This document shows positions 54,383-64,000 of a stretch of DNA of 64,000 nucleotides, piece after piece. The notes beneath the pieces are model-generated. The model searched no databases and was not told where the DNA came from. It was given only the letters and a program-made list of their open reading frames with translations. The stretch spans positions 13,347-77,346 of the forward strand of contig JACIYI010000009.1 of assembly GCA_014360005.1 (NCBI GenBank). Direction: 5' to 3'. The stretch's first letter is position 1. Each line of letters opens with the position of its first letter. The position numbers were made by a program, and so were the translations under genes. The stretch is from Candidatus Aminicenantes bacterium. Lineage in GTDB: Bacteria; Acidobacteriota; Aminicenantia; Aminicenantales; Saccharicenantaceae.

Positions 54383-54443
54383 TTATTTCCCTCCGTGAAT
54401 GTTAATTATGCGGATCAATTATATTTTACTCTAAAAAAGAGAA

Positions 54444-54531
54444 TGCCGAAGAGGGGACTCGAACCCCTACTCCCATTTTTGCGGGAACTAGCCCCTCAAG
54501 CTAGCGTGTCTGCCAATTCCACCACTTCGGC
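54444..54531 (-). tRNA. leuU: tRNA-Leu (anticodon GAG), class II with a long variable arm
   Basis: The reverse complement reads GCCGAAG-TG-GTGGAATTGGCAGACAC-G-CTAGC-TTGAGGG-GCTAG-TTCCCGCAAAAATGGGAGT-AGGGG-TTCGAGT-CCCCT-CTTCGGC-A, with GAG in the anticodon loop. Closely resembles E. coli leuU. CCA is not encoded. The 5' end lies 13 nt after the secG stop. Confidence 0.9.
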
Positions 54532-54544
54532 ATTCCTGGTTTTT

Positions 54545-54919
54545 CTATTTTTTGACGGGTTCTTCGGCTTTCTGTTCGGTTTTTTCAGCCGCGGCAGGCG
54601 GGGTCTGAGCTTTTTGCTCCTGGGTTGGCGGCTGGGTCTGAGTGGCGGCCGGGGCTTCTTTAGCCGGCGCGTTCTTGACTACTGAAGAAGTCTTGCCGGA
54701 CAACAGCCAGAGCCCGAGAGAGGTTACCATGAACAAAATGGCACAGATAGTGGTAACCTTGCCGAGAAGAGTCTGGGCGCCCCTTGGTCCGAAAGCCGTT
54801 TGGCTGCCGGCTCCGCCAAAGGCTCCGGCCAGGTCAGCTGCCTTGCCAGACTGCAGCAGAACGGCCAGAATCAGCACTATGCAGATAATAACGTGAATAA
54901 TAACGAGTAAAGTTGTCAC
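54545..54919 (-). CDS. secG: Preprotein translocase subunit SecG with a low-complexity C-terminal extension
   Basis: 124 aa. [44 protein letters not shown]...[18 protein letters not shown] is the SecG two-helix signature with its Gly-rich loop. The last roughly 45 aa are rich in A, P, Q, T, E and K. Confidence 0.85.
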   Translation of the reverse strand: MTTLLVIIHVIICIVLILAVLLQSGKAADLAGAFGGAGSQTAFGPRGAQTLLGKVTTICAILFMVTSLGLWLLSGKTSSVVKNAPAKEAPAATQTQPPTQEQKAQTPPAAAEKTEQKAEEPVKK

Positions 54920-55701
54920 TTTAATCCCTCATCCGCGCGCAGGGCTTCCCGGGCGATAGCCAGAAAAGAATCAGCTTCAAGGGAAGCTCCGCCCACTAAA
55001 AATCCATCAATGTCCTTTTCTCTGGCTAAGGAAAGGGCATTGCTCGGTTTCACTGAACCACCGTAAAGGATTATAGCATAATCAGCCACCGCATTTCCAT
55101 ACTTAGCCTTTATCAGGCTTCTGATGAAAGCCTGGACCTCTTCGGCCTGTTCTGGGGTGGCGTTCCGGCCGGTGCCGATGGCCCAGATGGGCTCATAAGC
55201 CAGCAGGATCCGGCTGAATTCGGCTTCTTTCAGGCGGAAGACGCTTTTTTCCAGCTGGTCTTTTATCCTGCTCAGGGTTAGGTCGTTTTCTCTTTCGGCC
55301 AGGCTTTCACCGATGCAGACCACCGGTTGAAGACCATGAGCCAGGGCGGCCAGTGTTTTTTTCCTGACGGTTTCATCGGTTTCCCCAAAAAATTGCCTTC
55401 TTTCGGAATGACCGATAACCACAAAATCGCAGCCCGCTTCCCGGAGTTGTAAAGGCGAAATTTCTCCGGTAAAAGCCCCCTTTTCCTCCCAGAAGACATC
55501 CTGAGCGCCGACCATAATTTCAGTGCCCGAGACTGATTTTTTTACTTCCTGAATGGCGGTAAACGGCGGGATTAAAATCAGAGTAGCTGCTTTTACTTGT
55601 GGCCAGCCCTTGACCACGTCTTCAGCCAGCTCCCTGGCCTCGGCAATGGTTTTGTACATTTTCCAGTTGCCGGCGATGACCGGTTTTTTTAAGGCTGTCA
55701 T
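54916..55701 (-). CDS. tpiA: Triose-phosphate isomerase
   Basis: 261 aa. [30 protein letters not shown] and YGGSVKP. Its stop overlaps the secG start by 4 nt. Confidence 0.97.
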   Translation of the reverse strand: MTALKKPVIAGNWKMYKTIAEARELAEDVVKGWPQVKAATLILIPPFTAIQEVKKSVSGTEIMVGAQDVFWEEKGAFTGEISPLQLREAGCDFVVIGHSERRQFFGETDETVRKKTLAALAHGLQPVVCIGESLAERENDLTLSRIKDQLEKSVFRLKEAEFSRILLAYEPIWAIGTGRNATPEQAEEVQAFIRSLIKAKYGNAVADYAIILYGGSVKPSNALSLAREKDIDGFLVGGASLEADSFLAIAREALRADEGLK

Positions 55702-55839
55702 TTTTTTCCCCTTTATTCGAATCAGGCTTTATTCCACTTCCAGTATGAAATTATTTCCGGCACTTCGGCGCCCTCATCTTTTTTCTGTCTCAGTCCGGTT
55801 TTGAGCAAGCGTCCTTTTTCTCTTTTAGTATCAACTGAT

Positions 55840-57018
55840 TTATTTAAGAGCCTCGATCCCGGGCAGGGTTCCATAAGCCACGAATTCCAGGGAAGCTCCG
55901 CCACCAGTGGAGATGTGGCTGATCTTATCGGCCACCCCGGCTTTATGAATAGCAGCTATAGAATCACCGCCCCCGACCACCGACAGGGCTCCGGATGCGG
56001 CCACCGCCCGGGCGATTTCCACCGTGCCCCTGGCGAAAGCCTCCACTTCAAACACCCCCAGCGGACCGTTCCAGAAAATTGTCCGGGCCGACTCAATAAA
56101 GTGCTTATACTCGGCAATCGTCTTTGGCCCGATATCCACAGCCATTAATTCCTGGGGCAGGGGGTAATGCTCAACTACGGAAGCCACCTCTCGGCTCTCG
56201 ATAGAGGCAGCCAGGACGTGGTCCAGTGGCAGCAGCAGTTTTATCCGGTTGTCTTCGGCTTTTTTCATAATCTGGCTGGCAATTTCCAGCTTATCTTCTT
56301 CCACCAGAGATTTACCGACCTCAAGGCCCCGGGCTTTAAGGAAGGTATAAGCCATGGCTCCCCCTATCAGCAGGACTTCAGCCTTGGTCACCAGGCTTTC
56401 CAGCACCGGGATCTTGTCCTCAATCTTGGCTCCGCCCAGGATGGCCACAAAGGGTTTTTCCGGCTGGTGGGTGATCTTGCTCAGGTAATCAACTTCCTTC
56501 TTCAGCAGGTAACCGGCTGCTTTCTCGTCAATGAAAGAGGCAATGCCGACCACCGAAGCATGGGCCCGGTGGCAGGAACCAAAAGCATCATTGACAAAAA
56601 CCTGGCAGCCCTGGGCCAGCTGGCGGGAGAAGTCCGGGTCGTTGTCGGTTTCCTGCTTGTAAAAACGGACGTTTTCCAGGAGCAGCAGCTCGCTCTCTTT
56701 TAATTCAGCCTTCAGCTTATCTACTTCGGGACCGATAACGTCCTGGGCCATGACGATTCTGGTCCCGGGCAGCAGCGCGGCCAGTCGCCCGGCCACCGGT
56801 TTCAGGCTCATTTTGGGATTGAACTGGCCCTTCGGCCGTCCCAGGTGGGAAGCCACCACCAGCCTGGCTCCCTGCTGCAGCAGGTACTTGATGGTGGGCA
56901 GGGAAGCCTGAATCCTGGTGTCATCGCGGATGTTAAGATTGTCATCCAGAGGAACGTTGAAGTCCACTCTCAAGAAAACAGTCTTACCCCTGACCTCGAT
57001 TTCTTCCAGGAATTTCAT
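55840..57018 (-). CDS. pgk: Phosphoglycerate kinase
   Basis: 392 aa. VFLRVDFNVPL, ASHLGRPKG, NDAFGSCHRAHAS, AILGGAKIEDKI and STGGGASLEF. Confidence 0.97.
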   Translation of the reverse strand: MKFLEEIEVRGKTVFLRVDFNVPLDDNLNIRDDTRIQASLPTIKYLLQQGARLVVASHLGRPKGQFNPKMSLKPVAGRLAALLPGTRIVMAQDVIGPEVDKLKAELKESELLLLENVRFYKQETDNDPDFSRQLAQGCQVFVNDAFGSCHRAHASVVGIASFIDEKAAGYLLKKEVDYLSKITHQPEKPFVAILGGAKIEDKIPVLESLVTKAEVLLIGGAMAYTFLKARGLEVGKSLVEEDKLEIASQIMKKAEDNRIKLLLPLDHVLAASIESREVASVVEHYPLPQELMAVDIGPKTIAEYKHFIESARTIFWNGPLGVFEVEAFARGTVEIARAVAASGALSVVGGGDSIAAIHKAGVADKISHISTGGGASLEFVAYGTLPGIEALK

Positions 57019-57034
57019 TTTGCCCTCCAGGCAG

Positions 57035-58108
<1,074 letters not shown>

Positions 58109-58267
58109 TTAGCAACCGCTTTATCCGGTGGCTGAAACCCGTAGCGGCTATTTTCTTGGTTTGATGAAAAATGAAAGCCTGCACCAGGACCGCCTGAAGA
58201 ACCGGTCAGATTGGGTTTCCTCGCCACCTATTTTTTGTGATAATATTCATTAAAGTTGAGGTGAAAA

Positions 58268-59854
58268 ATGAAGATTCTGACTGCAGCCCAGATGAGGGAA
58301 ATTGACCGGATAGCCATTGAAGACATTGGCCTTCCGGGACCGGTGCTGATGGAAAATGCCGGCCTCCAGGTGACGGCGGTGCTGCGAAACGAGCTGGGGG
58401 TCGAACCCGGGATGAGGGTAGTGGTGGTGGCCGGAAGAGGAAATAACGGTGGTGACGGCCTGGTGGTGGCCAGGCATCTCCACAACCAGGGGGTTGATTG
58501 CCTGGTGCTGCTGGTCGGCAGCCTGGAAGAGGTCAGGGGCGATGCTGCCCTCAATTTGAAAATAGCCCTGAAGATGGGCGTCCGGGTTGTAGAAATCAAG
58601 GACGAAGCAGCCTGGAAAAGGTCGCGGAAAATTCTATCCGAAACACCCATCATAGTTGATGCTCTGTTCGGCACCGGACTGAACAGCCCGCTGCAGGGGC
58701 TCTATGAAAGAGTGGTAAGAGACATCAATGATTCTGGAGCCCTGGTGGTCTCGGTCGACATTCCGTCTGGCCTATCCTCAGACACTTTTGAGCTCATCGG
58801 GCCCTGCGTCCGGGCTGACCTGACGGTGACCCTAGGGGCGCCCAAGGTGGCTCACTTTTTCCCACCGGCCGAAGAATACGTGGGAGAGCTGGTGGTAGCC
58901 GACATAAGTCTGCCGCCCTTTTTGTTAGAGCGGCCTGGGTTGAACCTGGAGCTGGTGGAGTTGGAGTCTCTGGTTCCTTATTTTCAACCGAGAAAAAGAG
59001 ATACTCACAAAGGCACCTACGGGCACCTGCTGGTCATAGCCGGCTCCCGCGGCAAGACCGGGGCTGCGGCCATGGCCGGCCGGGCGGCTCTGAAAATGGG
59101 AGCCGGTCTGGTGACGGTGGCCACAGCTTCGAGCTGCCTGCCGCTAGTGGCCAGGAGCAGCCCGGAATTGATGACCGAACCCCTGGCCGAGACCGAAAGC
59201 GGGACTATCGCCGCCGAAGCCCTGGATCGAGTGCTGAAGCTTATCCCAAGCAAAGATGCCCTGCTGATAGGCCCGGGTCTTTCTACCCATCCTTCTACTT
59301 CAGCTTTCGTCCTGAAGCTTCTGGAAAAAATTAAAAATTTCAAGAAACCGGTGGTCATAGACGCCGACGGCCTGAATATTATTTCATCCAGTCCGGAAAG
59401 ATTGTCGGCTCTGCCGGGAAAAACCATCCTGACCCCGCACCCGGGGGAATTCTCCAGGCTGACCGGGCTGAGCACAGCCGAGATACTGCAGCGTCGCCTG
59501 GAGAATGTCCCGGAATTCGCCCGCCGTCATAAGGTCCACCTGGTCTTAAAAGGCTACCGGACACTGATAGCCTCACCCGCAGGGCGGGTTATGGTTAACC
59601 CGACCGGAAATCCCGGGATGGCTTCGGGCGGGACCGGAGATGTGCTTTCGGGCCTGCTGGCTTCAGAAGCGATGCAGGTAGATGATATTTTGCAAGCTGC
59701 GGTCAACGCCGTTTTTGTCCACGGTTTGAGCGGCGACCTGGCGGCTGAGAAAGTCGGAGAAAGAAGCCTGACCGCTACCGACCTCATCAGGTTCCTGCCC
59801 AAGGCCATGAAGTTTATCGCCTGTGGTGGAGAAGATGAATCAGAAAATAACTGA
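58268..59854 (+). CDS. nnr: Bifunctional NAD(P)H-hydrate repair enzyme (epimerase/ADP-dependent dehydratase)
   Basis: 528 aa. The N-terminal YjeF_N domain shows VVVAGRGNNGGDGLVVARHL and VDALFGTGL. The C-terminal carbohydrate-kinase domain shows HKGTYGHLLVIAGSRGKTGAAAMAG and GNPGMASGGTGDVLSG. Confidence 0.93.
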   Translation: MKILTAAQMREIDRIAIEDIGLPGPVLMENAGLQVTAVLRNELGVEPGMRVVVVAGRGNNGGDGLVVARHLHNQGVDCLVLLVGSLEEVRGDAALNLKIALKMGVRVVEIKDEAAWKRSRKILSETPIIVDALFGTGLNSPLQGLYERVVRDINDSGALVVSVDIPSGLSSDTFELIGPCVRADLTVTLGAPKVAHFFPPAEEYVGELVVADISLPPFLLERPGLNLELVELESLVPYFQPRKRDTHKGTYGHLLVIAGSRGKTGAAAMAGRAALKMGAGLVTVATASSCLPLVARSSPELMTEPLAETESGTIAAEALDRVLKLIPSKDALLIGPGLSTHPSTSAFVLKLLEKIKNFKKPVVIDADGLNIISSSPERLSALPGKTILTPHPGEFSRLTGLSTAEILQRRLENVPEFARRHKVHLVLKGYRTLIASPAGRVMVNPTGNPGMASGGTGDVLSGLLASEAMQVDDILQAAVNAVFVHGLSGDLAAEKVGERSLTATDLIRFLPKAMKFIACGGEDESENN

Positions 59855-60302
59855 GTTCGAGTTCAGGACCTGCTCAGAAGAAGAAACCTTCAGCCTGGCC
59901 GAGAAACTGGCCCGTGAGCTGGAGGGAAATGAATTGATCCTTATCAGCGGCGAGCTGGGCGCCGGGAAAACGGTTCTGGTTAAAGGCCTGGCTTCCGGGC
60001 TGGGAGTGGCAGCGGCTGAGGCCGTCTGCAGTCCATCTTTTACCCTGGTTAACATCTACCGGGGGCGGGTGGAGCTCATTCACGTCGACCTTTACCGCCT
60101 GGAAAACCCGGAGGAAATTTCCGACCTCGGACTTGAAGATTACCTGGGAACCGGGGTAGTGGCGGTGGAATGGGCGGAAAGATTGCCCGCGGATTTCAGG
60201 ACAGAACGGCTGATTGATATTACCTTTGTGGTGGAAGCGGATGACACCAGGTTGATAAAAATCAGAACGGAAAATGTTTGCCTCAGGCTGGATAATGAAT
60301 AA
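59823..60302 (+). CDS. tsaE: tRNA t6A37 biosynthesis ATPase TsaE
   Basis: 159 aa from a GTG at 59823; an ATG at 59835 is an alternative start. ILISGELGAGKTVLVKGL (P-loop), SPSFTLVNIY, HVDLYRL and VVAVEWAE. The gene overlaps the end of nnr. Confidence 0.9.
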   Translation: MVEKMNQKITEFEFRTCSEEETFSLAEKLARELEGNELILISGELGAGKTVLVKGLASGLGVAAAEAVCSPSFTLVNIYRGRVELIHVDLYRLENPEEISDLGLEDYLGTGVVAVEWAERLPADFRTERLIDITFVVEADDTRLIKIRTENVCLRLDNE

Positions 60303-60346
60303 AATTAATAACTGGCCTGAAATTGATTGGCTGAAAGGAATGAAGT

Positions 60347-60874
60347 ATGAAGGACCTGAAATCGCTGATAGTTGATGTGCCTGACTTTCCCAAACCCGGC
60401 GTTGTTTTCAAGGATATAACCCCGGTCATTCAGGATGCTGAGGCCTTCAACCTGGTTATTGACCTGATGGCCGAGGTGGCCCGGAAATTTTCGCCTGAAA
60501 GGGTGGCGGCCATCGAGTCCAGGGGCTTTATTTTCGGAGCGGCTCTGGCCAGAGAACTGCGGGCTGGCTTCAGCCTCATCAGGAAAAAAGGCAAACTGCC
60601 GCGAAAAACCCTGACCGTGCTGGCCCCCAATGAGTATGCGGTGGAGTACTTTGAGGCTCACCTGGACAGCGTCCAGCCGGGCGAAAGGGTGATCATCATT
60701 GACGACCTCATCGCCACTGGCTCTTCGGCTGTCAGCGCCATAGAGCTGGTGCAGAAACTCGGAGGCCGGGTGGTGGCTTTTGTGGCCCTGGTGGAGCTGA
60801 CCTTCCTTGAAGGAGTAAAGAAAATAAACAAAGCTCACCCGGAGGTACCGATTTTTACCCTGGTCAAATTTTAG
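60347..60874 (+). CDS. apt: Adenine phosphoribosyltransferase
   Basis: 175 aa. PDFPKPGVVFKDITP, ESRGFIFG and the PRPP loop VIIIDDLIATGSSA. Confidence 0.95.
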   Translation: MKDLKSLIVDVPDFPKPGVVFKDITPVIQDAEAFNLVIDLMAEVARKFSPERVAAIESRGFIFGAALARELRAGFSLIRKKGKLPRKTLTVLAPNEYAVEYFEAHLDSVQPGERVIIIDDLIATGSSAVSAIELVQKLGGRVVAFVALVELTFLEGVKKINKAHPEVPIFTLVKF

Positions 60875-60997
60875 GCCAGGACGGAATGGCTTCCAGAATT
60901 AGGATGCTGCTTGAAGCCTGTCCTGGGCTTTAAGACCTGTCCGGCCGCAGTCCGGCCTGCGAGTCGGAGCGGTTGGCGAACCGGGAAAGGAGGGAAG

Positions 60998-62332
60998 ATG
61001 AGCCAGGCCCTGGAAAAAGTTTTTCATCTCCAGGCGAATCAGACCAGCGTCAGGAAAGAGCTGCTGGGTGGTCTGACTACCTTCATGACCATGTCCTATA
61101 TCATCTTCGTCCAGCCGGCCATTCTCGGGCAGACCGGGATGGATAAGGGGGCGGTGATGATGGCCACCTGTCTGGCCAGTGCCCTGGCCACTCTGCTGAC
61201 CGGAATTCTGGCCAACTATCCTATCGCCCAGGCCCCGGCCATGGGTCACAATGTCTTTTTTGCCGTCACTGTCTGTGGGCTGATGGGTTATTCCTGGCAG
61301 GTGGCTCTGGGGGCTAATTTCATTTCAGGAGTTATATTTTTAATCCTGGCCCTGCTGGGCCTGGCCGGCAAATTGGTCGAAATCATTCCGGATTCCCTGA
61401 AGAACGCCATCGCCGCTGGCATAGGTTTGCTGATCGCTCTGGTCGGCCTGGAATATGCGGGCATTGTGGTTTCCACTCCCGGAGTGCTGGTCGGACTCGG
61501 GGACCTGGGCAGCAAGCCGGTCATTCTGGCTTTCCTGGGGCTGCTGGTGATTTCGGTGCTGATGGCCTGGAAAGTTCCGGGGGCACTTCTATGGGGAATA
61601 CTGGTCACGGCTGCGGTCGGGTGGCCGCTGGGGGTGGTAAAATACCAGGGGATAATTTCCGCCCCTCCCTCGCTCGACCCGACCCTTTTCCGGCTGGATA
61701 TCGTCGGCGCCCTTAAAAGCGGACTGGTGCCGATAATCTTTGTTTTCTTCTTCCTGGATGTTTTTGATACAGTCGGCACTCTGGTCGGAGTCTGCGCCCC
61801 GGCCGGATTTTTTAAGAACGGAAAATTGCCCCGGGCCAACCAGGCCATGCTGGCCGATGCTGCCGGCACCGTGGTCGGGACCGTGCTGGGCACTTCCACC
61901 GTCACCAGCTATATTGAAAGCTCTACCGGGATTGCCCAGGGAGCCAGAACCGGACTGGCCAACCTGATGACCGCAGTCCTCTTCCTGGCCGCGCTGTTCC
62001 TGAGCCCGCTGGCGGCCATGGTTGGCGGAAGCTTTGTTTACAAAGACCAGGTGTTGCATCCGGTTATTGCCCCGCCGCTGATCATCGTTGGCTTTCTGAT
62101 GATTAAGGCTGTGGCCCGAATTAACTGGGAAGAAGTCAGCGAAGCCATCCCGGCTTTTCTGACCATGGTGGTAATGCCGCTGGCGGTCAGCATCACCGAC
62201 GGTATGGCTTTCGGCTTTATCAGCTATTCCCTTATCAAACTGGCCAGAGGCGAGGGCAAAAAAGTTCACTGGCTGATATACCTGATCTCGGGCCTGCTGC
62301 TGGTACGGTATTTTATCAGGTACCTGAGCTGA
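60998..62332 (+). CDS. NCS2-family purine permease (AzgA-type adenine/guanine/hypoxanthine transporter)
   Basis: The track ORF starts at 60911. The ATG at 60998 follows AAAGGAGGG. SVRKELLGGLTTFMTMSYIIFVQPAIL and ...TSYIESSTGIAQGARTGL are AzgA-type signatures. About 13 TM helices. Confidence 0.9.
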   Translation: MSQALEKVFHLQANQTSVRKELLGGLTTFMTMSYIIFVQPAILGQTGMDKGAVMMATCLASALATLLTGILANYPIAQAPAMGHNVFFAVTVCGLMGYSWQVALGANFISGVIFLILALLGLAGKLVEIIPDSLKNAIAAGIGLLIALVGLEYAGIVVSTPGVLVGLGDLGSKPVILAFLGLLVISVLMAWKVPGALLWGILVTAAVGWPLGVVKYQGIISAPPSLDPTLFRLDIVGALKSGLVPIIFVFFFLDVFDTVGTLVGVCAPAGFFKNGKLPRANQAMLADAAGTVVGTVLGTSTVTSYIESSTGIAQGARTGLANLMTAVLFLAALFLSPLAAMVGGSFVYKDQVLHPVIAPPLIIVGFLMIKAVARINWEEVSEAIPAFLTMVVMPLAVSITDGMAFGFISYSLIKLARGEGKKVHWLIYLISGLLLVRYFIRYLS

Positions 62333-62436
62333 GGCCAGGATGGCGGCGGTTTGGTAGCGAGATAATAGCTGGAGCTGGACTCCGGCCGGTCAGGTTGGAT
62401 AGAGCGCGAATCATAATTCCGGTCTGGAGATAAAAA

Positions 62437-64000
62437 ATGAGGAAGAGAAAAGAGTGGAAGAGGTGGCTAATTACTACTATATTAGTAGGAATTCTGTGGG
62501 GCTGCGCCGGGGTGCAGGTCAGGGAGCCGGCCGACCGGTTTCCGGGAGACCGGAAGTGGGTGGAAAAAACCATCAGGAAAATGAGCCTGGAGGAGAAAAT
62601 CGGGCAGCTGGTGGTAACCCGTTACACCGGCGAATTTTTTAATTACGACAGCCCCTACCTCAAAAACCTGGAAGAACTGGTAAAAAAATATCACCTGGGC
62701 GGGCTGATTCTGTTCGGCGGGGAAGCCCTGGAGACGGCCTATTTCACCAATCATTTCCAGAAGCTGGCCCGGGTACCATTGCTGATTGCTTCCGACCTGG
62801 AGCGGGGAACCGGAAACCAGGTGACCGGGGCCACGCTTTTTCCGCCGCTGATGGCTCTGGGGGCGGCCGATTCGGAAGAACTAGCTTATGAGATGGGCCG
62901 GGTTACGGCCATTGAGGGCCGGGCCCTTGGCATCCATATGACTTATGCCCCGGTGGTTGATGTCAACATCAATCCCGACAATCCTATCATCAACACCCGC
63001 TCGGTGGGAGAGGACCCGGAGCAGGTAGCCAGGATAACCAGAGCTTTCATCAAGGGCTGTCAGTCCCGCGGGATGATGGCTACGGCCAAGCATTTTCCGG
63101 GCCACGGTGATACCGACCAGGATTCTCACAGCCTGCTGCCGGTCATCAGGGCCGATGAAGAGCGGCTCGGGCGGGTGGAACTTTATCCCTTCCGGGCAGC
63201 AATTGAGGCCGGGGTCGAGTCCATCATGACAGCCCACCTTTATCTACCGGCACTGGAGCCGGAAGAAGGCCTGCCGGCCACTCTCTCCCCCCGAATCCTG
63301 ACCGGTTTACTCAGGCAACAGCTGGGGTTCAAGGGTCTCATTGTCACCGATGCTCTGGAGATGCGGGGGATTACCGGCTATTTTGGCGACGAAGAAGCCG
63401 CGCTCCGGGCTTTACAGGCCGGGGCTGACCTGTTACTCCTGCCGCCAGACCCGGTCCGGGTCATAGAACGTCTGACCCGGGCGGTTAGAAGCGGGGAGTT
63501 ACCGCTCAGCCGGGTAGAGGAATCACTGCGCCGGGTGCTGCTGGCCAAGACCAGGCTGGGATTGCACCGCCACCGTTACGTCAGCCTGGAGCGCCTGCCT
63601 CTTATCCTGGGACGGCAGGAATTCAGGGACCTGGCCAGGAAAGCTTTTGCTTCGGCCATCACCCTGGTCAAGAACGATAATAACCTGCTCCCTCTGAGGG
63701 AGAATAAAAGAGTGATCCTTCTTTCCCTGAGCAGCGACCCGGGCGATTATTTTGCCGGTCGGAGGCTGGCAGCTGAAATATCAGACCGCTTGCCCGGTAC
63801 TACTGTTTTTTACGCTGATGGCGATACGGGAAAGGAAAAACTGGAAGAAGCTTTTTCCGCCGCCTCCGGAGCCGACCTGGTGGTGGCCGCTCTCTTCTCC
63901 AGCCTGAGGTCAGGGAAAGGCACCGTGGATCTGGAACCGGTTCATATTGATTTCATAAAAAGGTTAAAGGGAGCTGGCCTTCCGGTGGTGGCCCTTTCTT
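62437..64000 (+). CDS. Glycoside hydrolase family 3 (NagZ-like beta-N-acetylhexosaminidase/beta-glucosidase) lipoprotein; gene runs off the right edge
   Basis: Missing from the ORF track because it has no stop in the window. The ATG at 62437 follows GGAGA. My translation: MRKRKEWKRWLITTILVGILWGCAG (lipobox)...EEKIGQLVV...ASDLERG...KHFPGHGDTDQDSH...ESIMTAHL...GLIVTDALEM..., which are GH3 catalytic-domain motifs. Open to position 64000. Confidence 0.85.
   Translation, partial: MRKRKEWKRWLITTILVGILWGCAGVQVREPADRFPGDRKWVEKTIRKMSLEEKIGQLVVTRYTGEFFNYDSPYLKNLEELVKKYHLGGLILFGGEALETAYFTNHFQKLARVPLLIASDLERGTGNQVTGATLFPPLMALGAADSEELAYEMGRVTAIEGRALGIHMTYAPVVDVNINPDNPIINTRSVGEDPEQVARITRAFIKGCQSRGMMATAKHFPGHGDTDQDSHSLLPVIRADEERLGRVELYPFRAAIEAGVESIMTAHLYLPALEPEEGLPATLSPRILTGLLRQQLGFKGLIVTDALEMRGITGYFGDEEAALRALQAGADLLLLPPDPVRVIERLTRAVRSGELPLSRVEESLRRVLLAKTRLGLHRHRYVSLERLPLILGRQEFRDLARKAFASAITLVKNDNNLLPLRENKRVILLSLSSDPGDYFAGRRLAAEISDRLPGTTVFYADGDTGKEKLEEAFSAASGADLVVAALFSSLRSGKGTVDLEPVHIDFIKRLKGAGLPVVALS

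Noticed and set aside
54395-54685. 96-aa plus-strand ORF spanning the tRNA-Leu gene and the antisense strand of secG
   Set aside because: It overlaps a well-folded tRNA and runs antisense to secG. The translation is low-complexity (FLFGFF, GRRG). I judge it spurious.
60875-60997. Purine riboswitch expected between apt and the purine permease gene
   Set aside because: I could not find the conserved purine-riboswitch junction and loop sequences (the UAUAAU...GGAUAUGG...CUACC pattern) in the 123-nt spacer on the coding strand. Likewise I saw no B12-box or TPP (CUGAGA) motif in the 386-nt leader of the TonB-dependent receptor (50190-50575).

Overview
This is a 64-kb stretch of bacterial chromosome. 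I call 52 protein-coding genes, two of which run off the window edges and are missing from the ORF track, plus 2 tRNAs. I found no rRNA, CRISPR array, transposase, integrase or prophage genes. Spacers are short and AT-rich, and many adjacent genes overlap by 1-14 nt.

The gene content suggests an Acidobacteriota-like or related uncultured lineage. The supporting genes are the PEP-CTERM/exosortase pair, an Oar-like TonB-dependent receptor with a CarboxypepD_reg domain, an acidobacterial-type VWFA-related protein and a PPi-type phosphofructokinase. This placement is inference only.

Most of the window is housekeeping:
- transcription and RNA modification: rpoD, rlmN, an m5U RNA methyltransferase, tsaE
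- DNA repair: nfi, addAB
- redox and cofactors: trxB, a Trx2-type thioredoxin, nadE, hemW, nnr
- glycolysis and secretion: pfk, and gap-pgk-tpiA-secG followed by tRNA-Leu(GAG)
- purine salvage: apt plus a purine permease

The regions I would look at again, in order of interest:
1. 1-5234: a compact divergent exosortase locus. A 73-aa PEP-CTERM-type precursor with only about 21 mature residues sits with an exosortase and a membrane acyltransferase. These face a translationally coupled operon of LbH acyltransferase, carrier protein, adenylating ligase and a NadE-like enzyme, with a perfect 18-bp palindrome in the shared promoter region.
2. 42.6-50.2 kb: a pseudo-receiver (Asp to Glu) fused to a TM helix and a TonB C-terminal domain, next to an M48 protease carrying GYF-like and double zinc-ribbon modules and an Oar-like receptor. 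No exbBD is present.
3. About 25720-25850: a promoter-driven candidate small RNA.
4. 17118-20084: a 988-aa secreted protein ending in an FGE/SUMF1-like domain that lacks the catalytic cysteines.
5. 11.7-16.9 kb: a Cas4-like 4-Cys nuclease, a Pif1-WYL helicase, and a strongly acidic small protein behind a 590-bp ORF-free spacer.

All functional calls come from motifs I could read in the translations. No database search was run.
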